Assembly (NCBI GenBank): GCA_964249785.1
Contig: CAXUDZ010000007.1
Span: 3,437 to 35,766, forward strand
Direction of reading: 5' to 3'
Length of the DNA: 32,330 bases
Source: an uncultured Abditibacterium sp.
GTDB taxonomy: Bacteria > Armatimonadota > Abditibacteriia > Abditibacteriales > Abditibacteriaceae
The position numbers and the translations under genes were made by a program. Positions 19,159 through 26,851 of this stretch are shown piece by piece (the stretch's first letter is position 1; every line of letters begins with the position of its first letter). Under the pieces are notes generated by a model. That model had not been told where the DNA came from. It worked only from the letters and a program-made list of their open reading frames with translations, and searched no databases.

Positions 19159-19197
19159 GGGGAGCAAAGCGCCTGCGCAGGTCTGAAACTAACCGCC

Positions 19198-20352
19198 GTG
19201 AAAGTTCTGCTTGTTTCTCATACCTGTCAATCGCGCACCGAAGGTCAACCCAAAGCGTGGGAATTGTCGCGCGCCGGAGTTGAACTGTGCGTTTTAACGC
19301 CGCAAAAATGGATGCACTACGGCCAGTGGCGCGAGTCGCAATTTCCAGAAAACGCGCCGTTTCGCTTCGAAACGTTGCCCGCCAAATGGCCGTGGTGCGG
19401 CCCGGCGCAGTCGTATTTGCATTTTTATCCCGGTTTGGCGGCGCTGCTCCGCGATTTTCAGCCCGATGTCATTGACCTGTGGGAAGAGCCGTGGAGTCTG
19501 GTTTCGCTTCACACCCTTCGACTGCGCGACCGCATTTGTCCGGATGTTCCCGTTGTGTCCGAAACCGAGCAGAACATCGACAAAACCTTGCCGCCGCCTT
19601 TTGAACCGATTCGCAAGCAGGTTTTAAAAGGCGCCAATTTCGTGGTGGGCCGCAACGCGCAGTCGCTCGAAATCGTCCAGCGCAAAGGGTTTTCCGGCCC
19701 GTCGCGCGTGGTGCCAAACGCCGTGGACGCGGCGCTCTTTCGCCCGCTGTCGCCCGATGAACGCGCCGCCAAACGAGCGCAACTGGGTTGGAAAGACGAC
19801 CAGTTCTGGTGCGGCTATATCGGGCGTTTAGTCCCAGAAAAAGGCATCAAAGACTTGCTGGGCGCCATCGCACTGTGCGACGAAAACGTGCGATGCGCGA
19901 TTGTGGGCGATGGGCCGCAAAAGGCGGAACTCGAAGGGCAAATCAACGAGTTGAACATCCAGGAGCGCGTGCAATTGCGCGGCGCGTTGCCCTCGAACGA
20001 ACTGGCGCCGCTCATGGCCGCACTTGATGCGCTGGTTTTGCCCTCGCGCACCACGCCGCGCTGGAAAGAACAGTTCGGACGCGTTTTGATCGAGGCCAAC
20101 GCGTGCGGCGTTCCGGCTGTGGGATCCGATTCCGGCGCCATTCCCGATGTCGTGGGTGTTGGCGGCAAAATCTTCCCCGAAGGCGCCGAACAGGCGCTTT
20201 CACAGGTCTTAAACGAACTCGCGCGCGCGCCCGAAACCGCCAGGCAGATGGGTGAAAGTGGTCGGCGCGTCGTCTTAGAACGCTACACGTGGACGCGCGT
20301 CGCCGAGCAAATGAAAGCGATTTACGACGAACTGCGCCCCGATAAACGCTGA
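19198..20352 (+). CDS. Glycosyltransferase family 4
   Basis: GTG start at (M)KVLLVSH, WEEPWS, VPNAVD, YIGRLVPEKG and WKEQFGRVLIEANACGVP. Confidence 0.92.
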   Translation: MKVLLVSHTCQSRTEGQPKAWELSRAGVELCVLTPQKWMHYGQWRESQFPENAPFRFETLPAKWPWCGPAQSYLHFYPGLAALLRDFQPDVIDLWEEPWSLVSLHTLRLRDRICPDVPVVSETEQNIDKTLPPPFEPIRKQVLKGANFVVGRNAQSLEIVQRKGFSGPSRVVPNAVDAALFRPLSPDERAAKRAQLGWKDDQFWCGYIGRLVPEKGIKDLLGAIALCDENVRCAIVGDGPQKAELEGQINELNIQERVQLRGALPSNELAPLMAALDALVLPSRTTPRWKEQFGRVLIEANACGVPAVGSDSGAIPDVVGVGGKIFPEGAEQALSQVLNELARAPETARQMGESGRRVVLERYTWTRVAEQMKAIYDELRPDKR

Positions 20353-20579
20353 TTTTGAAGGGTTTTCGGGCGTTTGGAAAGCTCGAACTTCGGCGTCACT
20401 CACAGTGAAAAAGGACGCTTTTAAAAGCAAACAAAGCCAAGTTTGGCCCGGTTTTGCTGCGATTGTTCTTCTTCGACAAACCCATTTCAGAGCCACATTC
20501 CTATGATGATAAGAGATTTAAAGGCGAATTTCCAGACATTAAAAGGTATGATGTTGATTTAACCGCAGAAAGGGGCAAA

Positions 20580-20935
20580 AATTTCCGTAGAGGTTCGGGA
20601 TTAAAAGGAATTTCCGTAGAGGTTCGGGATTAAAAACGCTAAAACGGCCTCAAAAAGGGCTTTAATGCCGAACCTCTACGGAAATTTGGACGAAAATCAA
20701 GTTAATCCCGAACCTCTACGGAAGTCGCTCGATTTAATCCCGAACCTCTACGGAAGTGATTCCGAACCTCTACGGAAATTTTAGGGGGTCTAATCCCGAA
20801 CCTCTACGGAAGTAGTCCCGAACCTCTACGGAAGTCGATTTCTCACGTTGGCTTTATAAAGCCAACGTGGGCCATTTGACTCTCATGTAACTATCCTTAA
20901 ACAGGTTATTCTTTTAAACATTTATTTAAACAAAA
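20580..20935. promoter_or_regulatory. Iteron-type replication origin (8 iterons, palindrome, AT-rich unwinding segment)
   Basis: Core CCGAACCTCTACGGAA is inverted at 20583 and 20612 and direct at 20668, 20708, 20740, 20762, 20796 and 20818. Perfect 26-bp palindrome at 20844-20869. TTAAACA x3 at 20897, 20914 and 20926. Lies immediately upstream of rep. Confidence 0.88.
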
Positions 20936-20942
20936 CGCGCGC

Positions 20943-22337
20943 ATGAAAAAAAATCCCGAATCGGCTTCGCCGAACACGCCAGAAAGCACGACCCAACTTT
21001 CGGAAAATGCCTCACCAAACACAACTGAGCGGCGCGGCGCCAAATCGAAGGCTGTTGTCCCTTTTCGACTTGGCAAAGACGAGATGAACCTGGTAGAACA
21101 TCCCTTCGCTCTTTTGAAGCGTGGGGACAGCGATTCGCTGATTTTTCTCGAATGGGACAAAGTTCATCCGCGCACCGGAAAAACTATCCGGGCGAAATGG
21201 CGCGTGTCAGGTGACCCCAAGTTAGGGTTGCCCGGCCCGGTCGAAGAACGGCTCTACCTCGTTTTGATGGAATTGTCACGCGAAGCGGGTTTTCCGCGCA
21301 AAGTGATGTTTTCGCGTGGCGACGTGCTGAAGCGCTTGGGCATTGCTAACTCCGCGAAAAATTACGCGATGTTGCGCGATGCGTTTTTGCGTTTAGAAAC
21401 CGTCACCATCGAAGCCAAGAACTCGTTTTGGTTGGCGCGGGTGAACGATTTCGCGGCGTTGAAGATGTTTCACTTGCTCGAAGAAGTCGACTTCGTGGAC
21501 GAAGTGGCGGGGCAGCGAAAAGGGCAAATTCCGCTCGCGCTGTCGTCGTTTGTGTGGAGCGACACGATGTTTTTGTCGCTTGTCGCGGGCAACATTCGCT
21601 CGCTCAACATTGATTTCGCCCTCTCGCTCGATTTGCCGCTCGCGGCGCGTTTGTTTCGCTATCTCGACAAGCATCGCACCGGTGGAGCCGTGGACAAACG
21701 GCGTTACGAAATCGAGTTGCACAGATTGTGCGAAATTCATCTGGGCATGGCGCCCGCCAAATACGCCTCGAAACTCAAAGAGCGTTTGCTTCCGGCGCTC
21801 GAAGAACTCAAGCGGCGCGGATTTTTGATCGGTTGGGGCTACGAAGAAATGAAAAGTGCCCCCGGTGAAACGAAAATGGTGTTCGAGTTTTCGGGCATCG
21901 TGCCCGCCATCGAAAAGGGCGATGGCGAGGGAAAGTCGCACGTTCCGGCGCAACTCGTTCCGGTGGGGGCCGCGTCCGAGAGAGAATTGTCGCTTTTTCC
22001 CGAAGTGTCCGAAACGCCTGGCGCGCAGTTGATGACGAATTTGACGCGCGGAATCGAGTGGGCGCACGAACAGTGGCGCGACTGCGACGACGAGTTTTCT
22101 CGTCTCGATCTGGCGTGCGACGCGGTTTGTGAAGCGTTGCCCGCCGATGTCCGCGCCAAAATTCATGCTCGCGTTCTGGCCACGCTACCGTCGTATTTGC
22201 GTTCGCACCAGAACACACCCGGCGCCAAAACGATGATCGAAAAAGAACGCCGTGCCATCGTGTGGAGCGAACACAAAGACGCCGTTTACGCGGCTCTTGG
22301 TGACGAAGGTGATGAGGGCGAAGGCGACGAAGAGTGA
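20943..22337 (+). CDS. repA: Plasmid/chromid replication initiator protein A (RPA-like family)
   Basis: GKDEMNLVEHPFALL, GLPG..EERLYLVL, Y..LRDAFLRL and ARLFRYLDK resemble RPA/RepA initiators from memory. Adjacent to the iteron array. Confidence 0.82.
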   Translation: MKKNPESASPNTPESTTQLSENASPNTTERRGAKSKAVVPFRLGKDEMNLVEHPFALLKRGDSDSLIFLEWDKVHPRTGKTIRAKWRVSGDPKLGLPGPVEERLYLVLMELSREAGFPRKVMFSRGDVLKRLGIANSAKNYAMLRDAFLRLETVTIEAKNSFWLARVNDFAALKMFHLLEEVDFVDEVAGQRKGQIPLALSSFVWSDTMFLSLVAGNIRSLNIDFALSLDLPLAARLFRYLDKHRTGGAVDKRRYEIELHRLCEIHLGMAPAKYASKLKERLLPALEELKRRGFLIGWGYEEMKSAPGETKMVFEFSGIVPAIEKGDGEGKSHVPAQLVPVGAASERELSLFPEVSETPGAQLMTNLTRGIEWAHEQWRDCDDEFSRLDLACDAVCEALPADVRAKIHARVLATLPSYLRSHQNTPGAKTMIEKERRAIVWSEHKDAVYAALGDEGDEGEGDEE

Positions 22338-22654
22338 GCCACAATCACCGGTTTTTTGAGTTCACCGGACAAAACGTGCGAAAAACGGCCTTTTAAGGCC
22401 CGCAAAACATCGGCTGGCTGTGGTTATAAGGTTTCGTTCCGTAAACGCGAGGAATGGGCGTTAAATGGCCTTCAGGCGGGTGTGGCGGGCAGAGTTGGGG
22501 GCTGTTTTTTTAAGAGCGCCCGAAAAAGCAAGTTTCGGGGCGGGAAGATCGGGGAAACGCCACTGCCGTGTCGTTGCTTAACTGAGGAAATCTGCTTCAG
22601 CCGCGAGGCCACGTCCTCTCGGGCCAAAATCGCGCATTGACCGGTTCAATTGCC

Positions 22655-24067
22655 ATGAACGCCCCTTCGACTTCGCCCTTTTCCGCCCCGTCTTCGGCCC
22701 GTAACGGTCGCAGGGAGGCCGCGCAAACCGACCCGGCAATGCCCGCTTTTGATGGGCCATTTCGTCAAACGCTTTCTGCCGAAGCCGAATTTGTTTTGCT
22801 CGGTTCGCGCGTTCGCTTGGAAGGCGAGCGAGCCGAGCGGTTCGACCGCTTGCTCGAGCGCGGCCAACCGTTTCCAGGGGACAGGCGCCGCGCAGGTTCG
22901 CACCAAAGCACCGTGCCGCTCAACTGGGCACTGGTTGTGTTTTTGTGTTCCAAACACCGCGTGACGGGTTTGGTCGGACGCCACTTGAACGCGAGGAACT
23001 GGAAGTTTGTGCCCGCCGATGTCGTTGTCGGCATGAACCGTTATTTCAGCGCGATGGCGCTTCACAGCGCCACCATCGCGGGCGAGTTGCTCCGCGTTTC
23101 GGGCTACCTCGAACAGGCCGGTGTGCCGGTGGTTTCGTTCAAAGGGCCAACTTTGGCTCTTGCGCTGTATGGCAACGGCGCCGTTCGCCCGTCGGCTGAC
23201 CTCGATTTGCTCGTGCCACGCGCCCACGTTCGGCGCGCTCACGAACTCCTGCGCGGTCTGGGCTACGCTCACGAAGTCGAGTTGTCGCCTTCGCAAGAAC
23301 GCCAACATTTGCGCGTGGATTCGGTGTTCAACCTGTTTCGGGACGCGCCAAAACCTCTGGGCGAACTGTTTCCCGATGGCTTTGCCGTGGAACTTCACTG
23401 GGCGATCACCTCGCCGTGTCTGCCCTTTGATTTCACCTACCAAAGCGTTGAAAAAGGGTTGCGTCCGCTCGAAGTGCGCGGCCAGTTGGCCGGTGTGCCC
23501 ACGCTTTCGCCGCACGATTTGCTGCTCGTTTTGGCGGTTCATGGCGCCAAGCACCTGTGGGAGCGACTTTTGTGGCTGTGCGACATCGCGCAGTTGCTCG
23601 AACGCCATCCCGACCTCGACTGGAACGCGGTTCTCAGTTCGGCGCGCAAGCACGAAATCGAGCGCATGATGGTGCTCTGTTTAAGCCTGGCGCGCGACGT
23701 GATGGGTTCGCATTTGCCGCCCTTTGTCGAAGAGTGGCTGTCGAGCCAGCCCAGCGCTCTGCGTTTGGCGAGCCGCCTGCGCACAGCTTTGCTTTGGCAT
23801 GAACCCGAAGAAATGCTGCGCGCCCGCGGTCTGGAAGCGCTGGGAACTTCCAATGACGAAGAAGATGTGCCGCCCACGCTTGGCGCCAACAGCCTGCTCG
23901 CCCAAACCATCGATCGCCCGTGGAAACGCGTGGGGTTTTACGTGCATTTGGCCACAACACCCTCGGCCCGCGAACGCGCCAGCGTGACGCTCCCGCCCGG
24001 CCTCGACGCGCTCTGGTGGGTATTGCAACCGTTCCACGCCCTGCAAAAACGATTGGGAAGATTATGA
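22655..24067 (+). CDS. Nucleotidyltransferase family protein (NTP_transf_5-like)
   Basis: FKGPTLA..LY....RPSADLDLLV, VELHW and LAVHGAKH.W.RL.WLCDI. Confidence 0.88.
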   Translation: MNAPSTSPFSAPSSARNGRREAAQTDPAMPAFDGPFRQTLSAEAEFVLLGSRVRLEGERAERFDRLLERGQPFPGDRRRAGSHQSTVPLNWALVVFLCSKHRVTGLVGRHLNARNWKFVPADVVVGMNRYFSAMALHSATIAGELLRVSGYLEQAGVPVVSFKGPTLALALYGNGAVRPSADLDLLVPRAHVRRAHELLRGLGYAHEVELSPSQERQHLRVDSVFNLFRDAPKPLGELFPDGFAVELHWAITSPCLPFDFTYQSVEKGLRPLEVRGQLAGVPTLSPHDLLLVLAVHGAKHLWERLLWLCDIAQLLERHPDLDWNAVLSSARKHEIERMMVLCLSLARDVMGSHLPPFVEEWLSSQPSALRLASRLRTALLWHEPEEMLRARGLEALGTSNDEEDVPPTLGANSLLAQTIDRPWKRVGFYVHLATTPSARERASVTLPPGLDALWWVLQPFHALQKRLGRL

Positions 24068-24070
24068 GTG

Positions 24071-24263
24071 AGTTTTGTCTTTGTAGCGCCACGACGTGTC
24101 ATGGTGACATCGGTTTCTGTTCGTGATGTCGCCACGACAAGTCGTGGTGACATCGGTTTCTGTTCGTGATGTCGCCACGACGTGTCATGGTGACATCGGT
24201 TTCTGTTCGTGATGTCGCCACGACAAGTCGTGGCGCTACAAAGACACAACTTTTCGGAACCGC
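24071..24263. repeat. REP/REPIN-like composite element: GTAG-initiated terminal inverted repeats enclosing 43-bp tandem hairpin units
   Basis: TGTCTTTGTAGCGCCACGAC (24076-24095) and GTCGTGGCGCTACAAAGACA (24227-24246) form a perfect IR. CGCCACGAC occurs at 24087, 24130, 24173 and 24216. Lies between convergent genes. Confidence 0.85.
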
Positions 24264-24311
24264 TATTGAGTAGTGAGTAAGTGACTGCGTTGTTTTTCTA
24301 AGCACTCACAG

Positions 24312-24734
24312 CTATTTCGCCAAGCGCGCTTTGAGTTGCTCGACTAAATCATTTTGCGAGCGCACTTCGTCCCAATCGGGCGAAACGGCTTCGAGCGCCT
24401 CGACCAAAGCGCGCAAAATTTCCGAGCGTTTCACAACCGCGCCTGAATTGCCGCGAATGGCGTTCGTCACGCTGTCGAGATACACCACGTGACGGTTGAG
24501 CAAAACCGTGGTGATTTTGATGGCCGCTTCGTGATGAACGACCGGGCGGCCCCGTCCCCTACTCGTCCGGGCCGCCGGATAATCCACTTCGCCCCCGGAA
24601 AAATTGGCGCCTTCATCCGCCCCTTCAAGTGGCGCATTGGGCACTTCTGGCGCATTGGGCGCTTCAACCGGGACAGGGATTGGAGTTGGGGCTGTGGATG
24701 CGAAAATGTCGCGCGCGTTTTTGCCGATTTTCAT
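24312..24734 (-). CDS. Small ParA partner; putative centromere-binding protein (disordered N-terminus, GRGRP, ribbon-helix-helix-like C-terminus)
   Basis: 140 aa directly downstream of parA. KITTVLL beta-strand followed by helices ending KRSEILRALVEAL. Confidence 0.7.
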   Translation of the reverse strand: MKIGKNARDIFASTAPTPIPVPVEAPNAPEVPNAPLEGADEGANFSGGEVDYPAARTSRGRGRPVVHHEAAIKITTVLLNRHVVYLDSVTNAIRGNSGAVVKRSEILRALVEALEAVSPDWDEVRSQNDLVEQLKARLAK

Positions 24735-24753
24735 ACTTTTCTCCTTTTATCCG

Positions 24754-24818
24754 AAAGAAATAAAGAAGGAAATAATCTTTTATTTCTTGACGGATTTATT
24801 TCTTTCCGTTTTTCCTTT
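24754..24818. promoter_or_regulatory. Candidate parS/centromere repeats between parA and its partner
   Basis: AAAGAAATAAAGAAGGAAATAA followed by inverted TTATTTCTT and TTTATTTCTTTCC. Same motif as upstream of parA. Confidence 0.45.
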
Positions 24819-25608
24819 GAGAAGGGGTTTTGGTTTGGGCGCGGCCCTTTTTTTGGGTTCGCCCCAGCAGTTCACCCGCTAAAAAGCGGTAAGCGTTGGC
24901 ACCGGGCGACGACGGCGCATATAGCAGCACGCTTTGCCCGAACGAGGGCGCTTCGCACACTTTGACGTTGGTGCGAATTTCGGATGCAAAAACCGCTTCG
25001 CCGTAGTGGGCGCGAATCATGTCGGCGATTTCGCCCGTCATTTTGGCGCGGTAATCGGCTTGCGTTAACACGATGCCAAGCAACCGCGCATGCGACAATC
25101 CGCCCGCTTCCAAACGCGCGACCGCCTGGAACAAGTTGACGAGTCCTTCGAGCGCCAGATAATGCGGCGTGACGGGCACCACAAAACCATCGGCCGCGAC
25201 GAGGGCGTTCACCGGCAGAAGAGACAGCGACGGCGGGCAGTCGAGCAGGATGAAATCGTAATCCTCGCGCACCGGTTCCAGAACGCGCGCCAGTTGCCGC
25301 TCGCGCGAGGTGGTGTCGGCGAGCGCGACATCGGCGTTGGCGAGCGACATCGAACCCGTTACCAGATCCAACCCTTTCACCCCGGTTTGGCGAATGATGG
25401 ATTGCAGCGGCACTTCGCCCAAAAGTGCGGGCAAAAGCGACGGCTCCAGGTCGGCACGCGCAACTCCCAGAGAAAACGAGGCCGAGCCTTGCGAATCGAG
25501 GTCGCACACCAGAACCCGTTGCCCCGCGAGTGCCAGCGCCGCCCCCAGATTCACGGTCGTCGTCGTTTTGGCGACACCGCCCTTTGAGTTGATAAACGCG
25601 ATGATCAT
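24796..25608 (-). CDS. parA: ParA/Soj family partition ATPase
   Basis: Deviant Walker A NSKGGVAKTTT, CDLDSQG, DFILLDCPPSL and IRTNVKVCEAPSFG. No N-terminal HTH (type Ib-like). Confidence 0.95.
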   Translation of the reverse strand: MIIAFINSKGGVAKTTTTVNLGAALALAGQRVLVCDLDSQGSASFSLGVARADLEPSLLPALLGEVPLQSIIRQTGVKGLDLVTGSMSLANADVALADTTSRERQLARVLEPVREDYDFILLDCPPSLSLLPVNALVAADGFVVPVTPHYLALEGLVNLFQAVARLEAGGLSHARLLGIVLTQADYRAKMTGEIADMIRAHYGEAVFASEIRTNVKVCEAPSFGQSVLLYAPSSPGANAYRFLAGELLGRTQKKGRAQTKTPSQRKNGKK

Positions 25609-25614
25609 AAAGTG

Positions 25615-25750
25615 GGATAGAAGGAAAGAATTAAAGAAGGAAAGAAATACTTCCTTCTTTCGGATAGAACGCTTTCCATTTTTCCATCTTTGGCTCTCCT
25701 GGTCAAGCGAGAAGAATTATTTCCTTCTTGGTTTCTTTCCTTCTTTATGG
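25615..25750. promoter_or_regulatory. Candidate parS/operator repeats upstream of parA
   Basis: AGAAGGAAAGAA at 25619 and 25635. Inverted TTCCTTCTT copies at about 25651, 25721 and 25737. Confidence 0.5.
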
Positions 25751-25852
25751 CGTTCAAAGAAAGGGCGAGGGCGCCGGGCGTTCGTTGCATCGTGGCGGCT
25801 CAAAAAGCAAAGTCGCGTTCTCGTGGCACGAGGAAAGCGGCATCTCCTTGCC

Positions 25853-26839
25853 ATGAACGAACCATTGAAAATTGCGCTGGTCGGAACGGGCGGCTGGGCG
25901 CGCCAGCACGCGCGCATTTTGTCTGGGCGCGCCGACGTCGATTTTTGCGCGGTTGTCGGGCGCAATCTCGAACGAACAACAGCGCGCGCCGACGAACATC
26001 GGACGCGGCCTTACACCGAAATTGGAATCATGCTGAGGGAGCAACAGCCGGATTTGGTGTGCGTGTGTTTGCCCAACGAGCACCACTTCGAGACGACGCT
26101 TGAACTCATCGAAGCGGGCGTGCCCTTGTTTGTCGAAAAGCCGCTCGTCTTTGAACTCGATCAAGCCGACACTCTTCTGGACGCGGCCAAAGAGCGCGAT
26201 TTGTTTTTCGCCATCAACTTCAACCACCGATATTCGCGTCCGATGCAAATGGCGCGCGCGGCCATTGATGCGGGCGAGTTGGGGGAACTCGTGTTTGCGA
26301 GTTGGCGTTTTGGAGGCGAGGGCGGAGCAGGGCATCCGCACGCCAACCTCATCGAAACCCAGTGTCATGGCTTTGATTCGCTGGAGTGGCTGTGCGGCCC
26401 GATTGCGTCGGTGATGGCTCAAATGACCGACAAAACCGGCAAAGGATTTTCCACACTCGCCATCGCACTGGAATTTCAAAACGGCGCCGTCGGTTCGCTC
26501 ATCGGCACCTATGATTCGAGCTACGCTTACCGCGACACCAGCCGCATCGAAGTGAACGGTGTGGGCGGGCGTGTTCTCATCGAGGACACCGTGCGTCGTT
26601 TTGGCTTTCAAAGTGCGGGCGAAGAAACGGCGCGGGTGTGGGAAGCGGGTTATTTCAACGACACTGAGCGCGAGTTCAACCGCACCTTCGACGCCCATTT
26701 CGACGCGGTTTTGAGATCGCTTCGCGCCGGACAAAAACCGCCCATTGATGCGCAGGCCGGACGGCGCGCATTGCAACTGGCTTTGGCTTCGATCCAATCG
26801 TTCGAGACGGGACGGCGTGTGCAAACTCAAACGAAGTAA
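25853..26839 (+). CDS. Gfo/Idh/MocA family oxidoreductase
   Basis: KIALVGTGGWA Rossmann motif, VCLPNEHH, LFVEKPL, INFNHRY and LIETQCHGFD. Start ATG 25853. Confidence 0.93.
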   Translation: MNEPLKIALVGTGGWARQHARILSGRADVDFCAVVGRNLERTTARADEHRTRPYTEIGIMLREQQPDLVCVCLPNEHHFETTLELIEAGVPLFVEKPLVFELDQADTLLDAAKERDLFFAINFNHRYSRPMQMARAAIDAGELGELVFASWRFGGEGGAGHPHANLIETQCHGFDSLEWLCGPIASVMAQMTDKTGKGFSTLAIALEFQNGAVGSLIGTYDSSYAYRDTSRIEVNGVGGRVLIEDTVRRFGFQSAGEETARVWEAGYFNDTEREFNRTFDAHFDAVLRSLRAGQKPPIDAQAGRRALQLALASIQSFETGRRVQTQTK

Positions 26840-26851
26840 AATGGCGAGCAG

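Noticed and set aside
18787-19197. 137-aa N-terminal extension of the last GT4 (FPHYKVATL repeats)
   Set aside because: It overlaps the acetyltransferase and merely translates the DNA repeat. The GT fold starts at GTG 19198.
20580-20835. Repeat cluster as a CRISPR array
   Set aside because: Short irregular gaps (6-40 bp), mixed orientation and adjacency to rep indicate iterons.
22340-24067. Lasso peptide cluster around the nucleotidyltransferase
   Set aside because: No precursor, cyclase, protease or PqqD-like gene was seen.
24087-24240. 43-bp periodic array as CRISPR
   Set aside because: The intervening sequences are identical, so it is a tandem REP-like array with no unique spacers.
25310-25852. 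N-terminal extension of the oxidoreductase ORF
   Set aside because: It is antisense to parA and runs through the repeat tract. The Rossmann motif begins after ATG 25853.
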